Shown: piece after piece, positions 52,501 through 63,211 of the stretch
How positions within the stretch are numbered: the stretch's first letter is position 1
How the letters are laid out: each line of letters opens with the position of its first letter
Assembly: GCA_044892525.1 (NCBI GenBank)
Contig: CM097886.1
Coordinates: 61,690,001 to 61,754,000 of the forward strand
Direction: 5' to 3'
Source: Schmidtea polychroa
Taxonomy: Eukaryota
Length of the DNA: 64,000 nt
Notes under the pieces: model-generated
Told to the model about the DNA's origin: nothing
The model's database searches: none
Seen by the model: only the letters and a program-made list of their open reading frames with translations
Program-made: the position numbers and the translations under genes

Positions 52501-55500
52501 AACTGCTTACTCTTCTGCCATATTCTTCAACAGAAGCGCCTACAGACTATCTAGTCAATCGATTACTGACAAAATTGGCGCGTGAACAAAGTTTATGATA
52601 ACTTGGATGACTTGGTGGGTGACGGCAGAGTGGAATGAATCTAAGAAAGGAAACTTTGTTGTGGAATTGACCGAAGCAAATGGGAAGCACTAATTGAACT
52701 GGATGATGAATATGCTCCGGAATAATCATTTAAAGATGTTTTTGTTAAATGTTATTATTGTTTTTGTTGAATAAAACTTTTTTAAAAAAAGTCATAGTAA
52801 TTATGCACCAACTTAATAATTATTATTCGGAATTGTCAATTAGTAGTTATTTTTTGGCTATAAATCAACTTTGTCCTTAAACTTTGCTCTTTAAACGACA
52901 TTAAATCGATATTTTTAACCCTTAAATAGCTAAATCAACCATGCCATTCAAATTTAACTCATAAACGGACCTTTTTAATCCATACCTAGACTTTTCGACC
53001 CTTAGATGATTAAATCAGTCTTGATCTTTAGTGTTGACCTTTAAACCAAAACCATATGAAATATGCTTCTGTAAAAACGTCTATCGCATAACATGGAATG
53101 TGTGTTTTAAGAAATTTACATTGGAAGCGCATTCAGGAATTTATACCGAAGAGTAACAGAGCAATTGAATCCTGCGGGATAATCCTCGGAATACAGACAC
53201 ATTCAACAATGTTGACCAAGTATATAGAAAGTTAGCGCTAAACAAAAACATTAAGTATAATTTTAAAAAATTTATAATTGTTTTTTTTACCAAAAATGAA
53301 TTTCCATGAAATTAGATAAGCAAAAAATGTTCATGGCATCTGTGGATTAATAATAAACTAAGCAATAATCTGGAGTTTTTATTGAACAATTAAAAGTGTC
53401 TATCCATTGAAATTTTCTCGTAGCATCATTAAAACGTTGCTCAATTGTGACATTCCACCTGGGTGTCACATAATAAAGTAAAAATTGACCCATTGTATTA
53501 AAATGTTTTATAAAAATATATTCCATGTAAATTGTTCTCATTGTTAGGCATGTGACTCTAAAAACACAGTCCACAATGCCCATAAGTGAGCACATCGACC
53601 CTATGGGAAAAAAAGATATGTCCGTCGGTGAATATTTGATGCTCAATGCATTAATAAGACATACTCATTCGAAGAGTTTCAATTTCAATTTTCATTACAA
53701 ATTAAATCTTACTTCTCAATTTTACTCTCAACTTGTACAATGCGAATTAAAATTAAATGAAAACTCTGAAAACAATTTTTATAAATAATTAAAACATATA
53801 TACAAATTATACAAGTATTTTTCTGTTACTTGAAGTAGTCTGTTTTTTATTAAAATATTCAAACTTCAAATTTAACTTGTTTATTTAGTATAAAATATAT
53901 TTAACATATTGACTGTCATGCATGCTTTACTTGTTTTAGTCTGGAAGTCAAAATATATTTTATAACACTGTTTAAAAAGCTTGTCTATGATATTTACTTA
54001 GCTTTGATCATTTAAAAAATTATAGTCTCTCCAGTCATTATGACAGTCAAAGGATCAATTTGAAAAATCAATATGTAATACTTTAACCTGTTAAATGTTA
54101 CCGACCTCATATGAAGCTTTTTATTTTTTCGATTACCTTTTAAGTTATTCAAGCCTCATATGAAATTTGGGGCAGAATTTAAGGGCAATCTCATGTAAGT
54201 TCAATGACGCTTAGCAGGTTAATAATCCTAACTATATCATTTATTATTTAGCAGTGTCATTTCATGACTTATATTGGCTTGTGCTAGTCCTTTACCCATT
54301 ATAAATGGATTTCGTAGATAAAAAATTCTAGGTAAACAAACCAACAATTTATAAAATTTTTAATTATTTGTATAATTTGTATACACTATAATAGCAATTT
54401 TTTTTTTTGAAATATATTCTAAATGGAAGATTTTGTTGAAATTAGTATTGCATAATTGTTATACGCGCCTTGCTATTGTAAAACATTTACGAACATTCAA
54501 TTAGTGAAACATTAACAATTTTGTCTGTTTTAGATGTAGGTTGCGCTGGATTATTTAACAAGGAAAGATTAATCCAACGTAATATTTTTGTGTCAGCATC
54601 TGTAGATTATTAGAAAAAGCTTCAGATACTGAATCTTTTAGTCCATGAGCACTTTCTGATCTTCCAATGAAAAGGTTCACAATGTCGAATCTAAAATTTT
54701 GTTTCTGCTCATCCATTTTCATCATCAAAAAATATTAAAAATAACATATTTCTTTACTAGTTCATTTGATGTAATTAGATGTTAGCGTTTAATTTATTAA
54801 TTGGTCTTCTGTATTTATGAATGTTATTTATTTTACTCTGTTTTAGGATTTCAGTGGTGAATGGAATTTTGATATCAAAGGAAAAGACGATGACAGTAGC
54901 AGTGGTGAAGATCAACCTGTTCAAAAATCCAAGACATCTGTTACGGTAAATATTAAAAATAAATGCCTCTTTATTCAGATAAATTGACTTGTTAAACTAT
55001 GAAGTCGAAAATTTTTGAGAACCTCTATGTTTTTCTAATTTTCAAAATTATTTGGAAAGGAAAATATCACTGAGGTTAAGATTTAAATATCTTAAATTCT
55101 AATTTGTCTTTCCACATTTCTTCAATTAATAATATGTTGTTAAATTAAAAGAAATTTTTTCTAGAGGATATTATTATTTGTTGGAGAAAATTGGAACGCC
55201 AAAACTTCAACGTTGTAGAATATTATTATATGGAGTTTTACTACTCGAGGAAAAGAATCAATGGGATATTTGACGATACCAGTCACGTGGAACCAAAAAA
55301 ATAGAAGGATTAAGATATTAATCTTAAAAGAGGTTAAGTTCAAATTCAAAGGAGGTGTTAGCACAATGAAAGTGTTTGGAGTAAAATTAAAGGATATCAA
55401 CAACAATATAAGCTACATAAGATTGATACTAATTAAGAACGAAATAAACAAAGCACAGATGACACTGACAAACCAAAAGAACTGTTAATTCAAAACGAGA

Positions 55501-57314
55501 TGAGGATATCGAGAGGGCCAATGATACAACATCAACACCGATGCACATGGAAAAGAAAATTGAAGAACTAATAAAATTACTGAAAGCTAACTTAATCCGG
55601 CGATGTAAAAGTCCATGGAATGTGCCATTGGTAATAGTATGGAAGAAAGATGGTTCCATTAAAATGTGTGTAGTCTATCACGGATTAAGCGCCATAACAA
55701 AGAAGGAATCATTTCCTATGCCAAGTACAGTTTTTACCAGACTGTATTGTTGGCGCAAAGATATTTTTGTCAAGCGTATTATGAAGTGGAACTATCATTG
55801 AACATTCAAGAAATGACCGGGTTTAGTACAAGAGAATAGCAATTCTATTTTAACAGACTGCCGTTTAGTTTGCCAACAGCTCCTGCCACTTCAGATGCTG
55901 ATGTACTCATTAATTGAAAGTATGTTATTCAGAGTTGTTTATCTAGATGATATTAATATATGTGAAAAGGGACCAAAATGAACCCGATGAACTATTGAAA
56001 GAAATATTCAGAAGAATTCACAAAGCGGGATTGAAAATTAACCCAGAAAATGTGAATTTAACAAAACAGAATTCTCCTTTGTTGGATACACGGTTAGCAG
56101 AATTGGTATCTACACAAACATAAAAAAAGTCGAAGAATTCCAAATAGCAGAATTATTAAAATGTTCGAAACAGTTAAGGTCATTTCTCGGACTTACTAAT
56201 TATTACCGGAGATTTATAAAGGGCTATACAAGAATTGTGGAATCACTGTATGCAGTGATATCAGGATGTGAAAAGATATAATTTGGATTAATACATGTAA
56301 TGAAGTTTTCCAAACAGTGAAAGTAAAGTTTTGCTTACCGTAATTTTGATTACCTATGATAAGGTAGAGAATTTATCTTAGACACTGATGCCAACTTTGG
56401 AGTTGTCATAGCGTATTCTTCGAGACTCATGGCAGCCCATGAGAAAGGTTATTGTGTAAATAGGAAGGAACTACTCTCAGTAATTATCTATGTTATGTAT
56501 TTTAAAGAATATCTTTACGGGGATAAGTTTATTGCTCCCATAGATCATATGGCAATGGTGTTTACTAATAAAATAAAGACCAATCAGTCCACAATTTAAG
56601 ACATGGCTATCTAACCTTGCTGAATACAAATTTGAGTTGGAATACAGAAAAACGAGAAGAATATTCAAATGCAGATGGGTTGTCAAGAATAAAAGACCTG
56701 ATTTGTACGAAGTAAAAACGAGACATGAAAAACCCAAAGAAGGAAAGTTTAGGATTGAGCATATATTTTAAACAATGAGACACGCTTTGTTTACCAACAC
56801 TGAAAAAATAAATATATGCAAAATGGAAAATTGTCAGGCGTTCAAAAAAATGCTTCTGTAAATGGTGGTCTACTGAATTACATGAAATACGTGTAAAAAA
56901 TAATAAACTAGATATACCAGAGAATTTAAGAGCGCCTGAACCCTGATGTTAAATCATTATTGAACAAACATTTTCAATTTCGTAAACTAGAGCAAAGGTA
57001 ATTGAGAATTTCAGTAAATTTTATAACTAGTGAATGAGAATACAATGCCTATAATGCCAAATTAGAAAAATGGGATTTTTAACCATAATTGTAGAAATAA
57101 AAATGGCATATAAACTACATTTACCAGTCATATTAATGCCCAATAACAATTAGCTATATTCCATCTACTTTTCAATGCAAATTAGAGATTAATATATTCT
57201 ATAGTTGAAAATTCTAATTTCTGTTTTTTATTAAAACTTATCCTTACAGTAGAAGTTTATTATATAATTTATTTTACATTTAATTAATACTGCTAACAGG
57301 AACCTATCATTTTA

Positions 57315-57383
<69 letters not shown>

Positions 57384-59328
57384 GATTATTTAGGAAAACG
57401 TTTTCTATCGAATCACCCTTCGTAAAAGAAATCCTAAACAAAACAATGAGCTTCAAGATATAAGTTTCAATTATGTATTAGGAAAAGGTAATTTGAAAAA
57501 TATTTAATTTATGTATAAATATAAAGTTGAGATTATAATTTTATTAAATAATTAAGTAAATAAAAGTAAAATAAAATATTAAATGAATATATATTTGTAT
57601 TCATATCCTATGCAAATTCCTTGTGCTTACTTTACTCGACGTTTAATGAAAACCTCGAAGAAATTCATTTAAATATTTAAATCAAATTGCATTGTTTTTG
57701 AATTTAATAAATATTAGTATTTAATTATGGATTTTATAAAGGCTAAAAGTATAACAACTAACAAAAATTAAGATATATTTTGATGCTAGTGGCAAAAGAC
57801 ATGCTTCATAAATTTTATAGACACTATCATGTATCATGTCCGAACAATATATTATTAACTCTAGAAAGTAGAATAACTTTCTGGTTTAGTGGATATCGAT
57901 TATTCCCTAAATATTAATAGATATTTAAAAATTCATCATTTTAGAAGTAACTTTTGATTTTCGGTTCTTTTAAACTATTAAATTCTGTTCAAACTTTTTG
58001 GAGTAATAGAATAAAATGTGTCGCTAAACTTGTTTTATTGTGGTTAAAAATGTGTATCATTTACCATTTCCGGCTTGTTTCCTTTAAATGGATTTTTTTT
58101 AATTATTCATTTTGAACCAATATTTATTTGAATTTATTCTTTGATTGCTCTTTCAAAGTTTATAATGTGTAATTAATTGTATTAACTGTAATTTTTTGCT
58201 GAAATATGAAAATAATATTTGAAAAATATTAAGATATTATCAAAATATTTACTAGTAAAAATAATAAAAATTATTTTATTTATTATTACCATATATTGAA
58301 CGTTAAACTTTAGAAAACTCTAATGAAATTGAAATGTTCACAATCACTATTCATTTTGTCAAAACGTTTTCTTATTATCCTTTTGTAATATTATATTTTA
58401 AGACGCATGCTTGCATTAATAATATTTTTTACTAATGGATGTAATTTAAATAGCTTATATTTAGCATTTTTTAAAGTTTATAAATATTATATTACATTAT
58501 ACTTTAATATATATAGTACTTTATATATTAGGTATTTATACGACCTTTATGTAAGTTTAGTTGCGATTTTTAAACTTATAGATCGCTTCGCATTATATAT
58601 GAGAAAAATCCTCAAAATATTGCATTTCATACTATTTGAATTTTATTTAAAAAAACTCCAACAAAAGCCAGCTCAAGATACCTCATGTTCTAGTAAAATT
58701 GTTCAAAGTTTAAATCGATATCGGAGTTCTTTTCCGCAATAACCTCAGAAACATATTGTATAATTTGGTTCTGTTTTGTGGCAATGGTCTCTTCCCATAA
58801 TATCTGATTTTAATAAATCTAAAAACCTCTTTTTTAAGGGGCAGATAATCATTGTTTATGTTAATTTTTTCTGAAAAAATCTTGGATTTCATTGGTTTTG
58901 TGAAACCTAACATTGTCCAATTATGGAATCAGATCTAAAATCTTTTTTTTTCAGGGCATTCTTCTAAAAAACTTTAAGTAACGCCGAGTTGAGTGTGCCT
59001 ATAATTAATTTGTGATGTAATATTCTCTCCTTTGATATGATGAAAACAAGGCTTATATTTTTCCTTTTTGCAGGAACTAAAATATTAAAAACACGAGACA
59101 CGAGGTTTGGGTCTTCGATTTGTTATCGTTTGAATTCATGCGGCATAAAAATTTGATTAGTAAATAAAAAAATCGAAAAATAAATGAATATTTTAAATAA
59201 AAAATACTATATATATATATATTGAAGTATAAATCTGTATTATAAATTAAATATTTCAGATTCTGTTGATGTTTTGGCTAGAGAATTAGTTGAAGCTGAT
59301 TTATTGGATGGATGTGACTTACTTTTGG
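16471..59328 (+). CDS. OXSR1: STE20-family Ser/Thr kinase OSR1/SPAK (fray-like) with CCT domain; 11 coding exons found, 3' end beyond 59328
   Basis: Exons 16471-16558, 23743-23864, 23907-24015, 24058-24199, 39722-39899, 39947-40048, 51291-51476, 51524-51619, 54847-54945, 57394-57487, 59260-59328 are all GT-AG and phase-consistent (428 codons). Motifs: [72 protein letters not shown], and CCT '[39 protein letters not shown]'. OXSR1 versus STK39 orthology cannot be resolved (likely pro-orthologue). Confidence 0.95.
17958..18600 (-). mobile_element. mariner remnant (3' half)
   Basis: TA|CGTGGTGCGTTCAAT terminus; minus-strand [10 protein letters not shown] and [16 protein letters not shown] remnants. 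Confidence 0.75.
19112..20830 (-). mobile_element. Ty3/Gypsy element A, internally deleted (gag with two CCHC knuckles plus protease)
   Basis: gag pieces 20718-19724 ([28 protein letters not shown]), protease [13 protein letters not shown]-like TGGCGACC at 20717. The LTR end tattggaagtttggtttcttaaattaataaca occurs at both 20718-20749 and 19112-19143. Confidence 0.88.
23743..24199 (+). CDS. OXSR1: OSR1/SPAK exons 2-4 (N-lobe to HR), separated by two 42-nt introns
   Basis: GQGATSTVY...[11 protein letters not shown]; KEIRGM...MDLCQRG; SLLDIIK...[30 protein letters not shown]. Confidence 0.95.
24790..25003. mobile_element. pogo/Tc-like MITE, 214 bp
   Basis: TA|CCGTATTAGCCCGAATAAAACGC ... GCGTTATATTCGGGCCTATACGG|TA. 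Confidence 0.8.
25105..28496 (+). mobile_element. Ty3/Gypsy element B with both LTRs; RT/RNase H largely deleted
   Basis: 5' LTR ~25105-25527 and 3' LTR ~28297-28496 (~190-200 bp, about 6 substitutions by eye). PBS TGGTGGCAGCGG (25528; complementary to tRNA-Leu 3' end); PPT AAGAAGGGGG (28284-28293). gag with 3-4 CCHC knuckles, protease (CLLDTRA), RT start ([16 protein letters not shown]), integrase ([18 protein letters not shown]) and GPY. Confidence 0.93.
25189..25421. mobile_element. piggyBac-type MITE inserted in the 5' LTR of element B
   Basis: TTAA|CCCTTTCGCACC ... GGGGTGAAAGGG|TTAA; the 3' LTR shows the empty site with a single TTAA. Confidence 0.9.
28796..30211 (-). mobile_element. 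IS630-Tc1 family DD34E transposon, full length, frameshifted
   Basis: ~60-bp TIRs (CTAGTTAATGTTTTT...), TA on the left flank. ORFs 29759-30163 (HTH), 29371-29562 (FHDE) and 29102-29404 (VIDIVAFH...[12 protein letters not shown], 34 residues between D and E). Confidence 0.9.
30215..30730 (+). mobile_element. mariner transposase remnant
   Basis: YTPETKRES..., [16 protein letters not shown] and LLHDNIPIH motifs with stops. Confidence 0.7.
33799..34335. mobile_element. hAT-type MITE, 537 bp
   Basis: TIRs CATGGGTGTCCGCGGG / CCCGTGGACGCTTCTG; 8-bp TSD aatacatc / aatccatc (7 of 8 match). Confidence 0.75.
34640..35150 (+). mobile_element. Penelope-like remnant (collapsed RT plus GIY-YIG)
   Basis: xDD-like (tctgatgatgtc), FLDLLV and [15 protein letters not shown] motifs in order, heavily decayed. 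Confidence 0.65.
38150..38237. mobile_element. isolated Zator-like terminus
   Basis: GCGTTACATCATTTATGAACGTCTC resembles the TIRs at 40569/40943. Confidence 0.35.
39722..40048 (+). CDS. OXSR1: OSR1/SPAK exons 5-6 (catalytic loop, DFG, T-loop, subdomain IX), 47-nt intron
   Basis: DLKCGNLL...ADFGV...[18 protein letters not shown]|[16 protein letters not shown]...PMK; branch-like TAACTAAC upstream of the acceptor. Confidence 0.95.
40569..40943 (+). mobile_element. internally deleted Zator-like DNA transposon, 375 bp
   Basis: 26-27-bp TIRs GGAAACGTTCGTAAATTACGTAACGCT / AGCGTTACGTAATTTACGAACGTTCC. Internal frame [41 protein letters not shown] resembles the ISAzo13/TP36-related catalytic region. 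Confidence 0.7.
44946..45023. repeat. 30-bp tandem repeat, about 2.5 copies
   Basis: tggtttccgttaatttttttaatcaaaatc starting at 44946, 44976 and 45006. Confidence 0.9.
45850..46330 (-). mobile_element. possible hAT (Tip100/ZMYM-like) transposase N-terminal remnant
   Basis: KLSGA*SKKKR...LIKFL-like decayed frame; weak. Confidence 0.3.
48560..49720 (-). mobile_element. decayed non-LTR retrotransposon RT (RTE-like)
   Basis: Minus-strand remnants KIWERM, GVSN*FDFQIKKGIK and [10 protein letters not shown] in RT domain order. Confidence 0.55.
49860..50605 (-). mobile_element. second internally deleted Zator-like element, ~745 bp
   Basis: Termini GGTAACATTCGTTAATTAGGTAACGCT / AGTTACGTAATTTATAAACGTTCCC match the TIR at 40569. 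Internal minus-strand [12 protein letters not shown]...[16 protein letters not shown] remnant. Confidence 0.65.
50757..50930. mobile_element. possible Helentron/DINE-like non-autonomous element end
   Basis: 11-bp inverted repeat TTCCGTGATCG (50765) / CGATCACGGAA (50847) enclosing ctgaaatttt...ccagatttcat. Confidence 0.35.
51291..51619 (+). CDS. OXSR1: OSR1/SPAK exons 7-8, 47-nt intron
   Basis: [11 protein letters not shown]...[23 protein letters not shown]|[23 protein letters not shown]...PK. Confidence 0.9.
52050..52816 (+). mobile_element. mariner remnant with right TIR
   Basis: [21 protein letters not shown] and [13 protein letters not shown] motifs; terminus ...TAATTATGCACCAACTTAA|TA resembles the TTAGGTTGGTGCA-type mariner TIR. 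Confidence 0.8.
54087..54218. mobile_element. piggyBac-type MITE, 132 bp
   Basis: TTAA|CCTGTTAAATGTT ... GACGCTTAGCAGG|TTAA. Confidence 0.6.
54847..54945 (+). CDS. OXSR1: OSR1/SPAK exon 9
   Basis: ttttag|[22 protein letters not shown]...VT|gtaaat; phase 0-0; W-x-F motif in the position of the WEW motif. Confidence 0.75.
55160..56760 (+). mobile_element. degenerate Ty3/Gypsy pol fragment (RT-RNase H)
   Basis: [50 protein letters not shown] and FILDTDA motifs with many lesions. Confidence 0.85.
57316..57381. repeat. (ATT)22 microsatellite abutting the exon 10 acceptor
   Basis: 22 perfect ATT units followed by ATGATTATTTAG|exon. Confidence 0.95.
57394..57487 (+). CDS. OXSR1: OSR1/SPAK exon 10 (CCT start)
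   Basis: [32 protein letters not shown] aligns with [24 protein letters not shown]. Confidence 0.9.
58650..59010 (-). mobile_element. Tc1/IS630-like remnant
   Basis: Minus-strand [13 protein letters not shown] motif; otherwise decayed. Confidence 0.35.
59260..59328 (+). CDS. OXSR1: OSR1/SPAK exon 11 (CCT)
   Basis: [23 protein letters not shown]|gttagt aligns with DTAEGVSQELISAGLVDGRDLVI. Confidence 0.92.
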
Positions 59329-59495
59329 GTTAGTAATTTTTATTTATTATCATTATTTAGTGTCAATTATTTACTTTTCGCTATTGTTTCTGACAACTGA
59401 ATTGTCAGAATAGTTATTATAAATTGTTATCGTCATTATTGATGTATAATTTGATGAATTTCATTCTAATAATGACTTGTCATACTATTTATGAT

Positions 59496-59535
59496 ATATA
59501 TATATATATATATATATTTTATATATATATATATA
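59496..59535. repeat. interrupted (AT)n microsatellite
   Basis: Two AT runs split by tttt. Confidence 0.85.
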
Positions 59536-61338
59536 AAACTTTTATTTCATGTCATTTATGCAATGCCTTAGTCCACCTCCAAATTTGACAGGGATACTTC
59601 TGATAGAAAACAATATTTTTAATTTTATCAATATTCTTAAGAAATAAATAATTCCAAATTCGGGATAAAATATGTTTATAGTCACCAGGTGCCCACTACC
59701 AAATAAGCATATGTTAACTTATGTAATTAAACTTGTAATGAATATCAAATATTCATGTTGTGATGGTCACTAAATCGGAATTAATTGGACAAAAAATTAA
59801 ATCGGGCGTAACTCTGCATGCATTCATAAACTCGTCGATTCTTTAAAAAGCAGTTTATTCTACTTGTTCATTAAAAAATTAAAAAATATGCCAAAAAATT
59901 TTTGTGTAGTCGAATTTTATGTCGAGATTTTTTTGGTATAATGGGTTTGTATTGGGACCGAGAACTTTTAAATTTCAAAATAAAGTGGAAACCTTCAATG
60001 CACTAATCGCAAACGTATCTCAGTAGAAATCTAATTGGAAATTCAATATAAATTCCAAAATAAATTTTGGAAAATTTATTATGAATCCAAACTTAATTTT
60101 AATTAATAAACATCTGGAGCAAATCAACGTAAACGATGAAACGCAACGCAATTGATAGTCCATTTTTGTAAATAACATATTGTTATGTCAATGAAAATGT
60201 CGTTCTAACTTCGTCTTTCTGTTTCAAACTACGCTATGGAAATATTATTAGTGGAGAAATTTATCTCCAATAATTTGAAGTTCATTAATAGCGTTTCTCT
60301 GCAAAACACGACAAACACAAACTGTCTATTTTTGAATTTAATCAATTTTTGGATTTCTCAATTGAAAAAAACAAAAATCTAATTTTGGATACGATTTCAG
60401 AATTGTATTCCAAATTCCAATAATCATCTAAGATAATCTATTTTTATTTATTAGAAATTAAAATTGATATTGAAATTTGAATTTCTATTTAAAATCCTAT
60501 TTTTGGGTTAGTTATTTGGTTTTATTAGTTTCATTAGAGTTTGTTTTTTTTAGAACTCACTATAAATTATACGGGGAAAATTTTAAAAAAATCTTATTTT
60601 CCCTCCTAAACAAATCTCCTGAAAGATATCTTCTATGCAATACACCTTTAACAATTAAAGTCAATATAATGAAGACGTATGAAACAATTTCCGAATATTG
60701 AAGTGTTTTGGTTCAATGTTAAAAGTGTGTATCACGCATTAGCTGAAAAAGCAATTAAATATTTACTTCCGTTTTGTTCAACATATTTGTGTGAGAGAGT
60801 TTTCTCGATGCTATTATATATATGAAAAAAAATATCGAAATCGATTGAAAATTGAACCAGAATTAAGAATAAACATGTCAAATATTAATCCTAATATTGA
60901 AATGTTTGTATCAAAAAGGCAACACCATCTTTCACGTGGTAAAAAAATTAAATACACTCATACCTCGCTATACGGCTGCTCTTTATACGGCTTTTCGCTA
61001 TAACGGCCTACTTTAATTACGGCACTTTTTCGATTTACGGCCTAAAATGTTTCGTTATACGGCCAAAAAAAGTGTGAAAAAAAGGTGCGAAAAAAAACAT
61101 GAATGTACATATTTTCAAAATGAAATTTTATTAATTTGAGTACAAAGAGAAAAACATGAATGTACATATTTTCTTGTTTATGTATTCTTAAAAGTAGACG
61201 TGTTTATTCTTGTTTGGTAAATCTTGTTTGTTTATTTTTTATTACTATTTATATAAAGTGGAAAATTGGAATCTTTTGGAAACATTTCTGGTATGTATTG
61301 TATTAAAAAGTCTTTAATAAATATTTTCTTTATAAAAC

Positions 61339-61482
61339 NNNNNNNNNNNNNNNNNNNNNNNNNNNNNNNNNNNNNNNNNNNNNNNNNNNNNNNNNNNNNN
61401 NNNNNNNNNNNNNNNNNNNNNNNNNNNNNNNNNNNNNNNNNNNNNNNNNNNNNNNNNNNNNNNNNNNNNNNNNNNNNNNNNN
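61339..61482. other. assembly gap (N run)
   Basis: Run of N within the Tigger 5' non-coding region. Confidence 1.
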
Positions 61483-61484
61483 AA

Positions 61485-63211
61485 ATGCCACCGAAGCATT
61501 CATCGAATTTGGAAACTGCTAAAATTATAAAGCGAAGCCGAAAATCTGTCACGCTAGGGACTAAACTAGAAGTTTTACGTCGTATTGAAGCTGGTGAGAA
61601 AATTGTTCAAATTTGTAAGTCAGTTGGATTGGCGAAGTCTACCGTTCAAACTATTCGTGATAAAAAAGAAAAAATTAAAGCACATTCGCAATCTGCTGCA
61701 CATTTAAGTGTCTCAAAATTAACTCGCCAAAGAAGTAGCATTATGGAAAAAATGGAAAAATTATTGGGTATTTGGATTGAAGACAATAATCAACGGAGGA
61801 TGCCAATGAGCCAAATGACTATCCAAGAAAAGGCTAAACATATTTTCGAGAATTTGAAGAGTGGGGATACCGATGAATCTATGGAAGATGTAACATTCCA
61901 AGCAAGCCGAGGTTTGTTTGAAAAATTTAAAAACCGGCACAATTTGCACAATTTAAAAATGAAAGGTGAAGCCGCTAGTGCCGATGATGACGCAGCTAAA
62001 GAATATCCCAACATTTTGAAAAAAATTATTGAAAGAGGTGGGTACCGACCCGAGCAAGTTTTCAATGTAGACGAAACAGGACTCTATTGGAAGCGAATGC
62101 CTGAACGCACGTACATTTCAAAAAACGAAAGTCTGCATCTGGCTATAAGGTATCAAAAGAAAGATTAACTTTGCTCCTTGGTGCAAATGCTGTGAGCACG
62201 TTTAAACTAAAACCACTTTTAGTATATCTTTCAGAAAATCCGAGACCTTTTAAAAGGCTGGATAAGAAACAGTTGCCCGTCATTTGGAGATCCAACAAGA
62301 AAGCTTGGATGACTAAGATTCTTTTTGAAGACTGGTTCAAAAATTACTTTTGTCCAGAAGTAAAAAATTATTTGCGAGACGTTAACTTTAGCATTAAGGC
62401 TTTGCTAATTTTGGATAATGCTCCAGGACATCCGGTTAATTTATGCGAATTATCTGAAGATGTGGAGATTGAGTATCTTCCAAAAAATACAGCAGCTCTA
62501 ATCCAGCCAATGGATCAAGGTGTAATAGCCACTTTTAAGGCATATTGTTTACGTAGAACATTTCGAAAACTTATAAACGTAACTGATGGTGAATCTTCGA
62601 TTAAACAATTTTGGAAAAACTACAACATTAAAGATGCTGTAGACAACATTAGCGAATCGTGGAAGGAATTGAAATCAACCACAATGAACCATGTTTGGAA
62701 AAAAATGTGGCCAGAATGCATAAAATCTGAAGATCCTGAAGTTGATTCTCTTTCTGAAATAAGACAAAGCATATTGAACCTAGCGAATGACCTTGGTTTT
62801 GAGGATTTGGAAGAAGGTGATGTGCTTGATTTGCTAAATGCTGATAGAGAACCCCTTTCACACGAGGAACTGGTCTATATCGAAGAGGACCGATCACTTG
62901 ATGAGGAGCCAGAGCCTGATGTATGTAAACAGCTAACCTTAAAGAACTTGTCCAGTGCGCTTTCTCATTTCGAACAAGGAATAAAAATCCTTCTTCAAAG
63001 TGATCCAGACGTAGAACGCAGCGCTAACGTTTTTCGTGGAATTAACTCAGCGATTAACTGTTATGTAGAACTGCAAAAAGAAGCAAGAACCAAGGCAAGA
63101 CAAACAACGTTGGATAAATTTCTTAAAAAATCATCTAAATCTACAACAGCGGAAAATGATATTGACATTATATTGCAGCTTACCGATTCTTCATGTTCGT
63201 CTTCAGATTAG
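61485..63211 (+). pseudogene. Tigger-like transposase (HTH_psq / CENP-B HTH / DDE_1) with a single 1-nt deletion
   Basis: ORFs 61485-62168 and 62171-63211 join across a frameshift near 62125-62131 (SKNEKSASGYKVSKERLT). Catalytic FNVDETG, LILDNAPGH and IQPMDQGVI are intact. Confidence 0.9.

Noticed and set aside
58407-58742. 111-aa hydrophobic ORF
   Set aside because: F/L/I/Y/K-rich composition typical of chance ORFs in AT-rich intron; it partly overlaps the antisense of a Tc1 remnant.
61232-61552. ORFs containing X runs here and at 2738-3070
   Set aside because: Artefacts of reading through N gaps.
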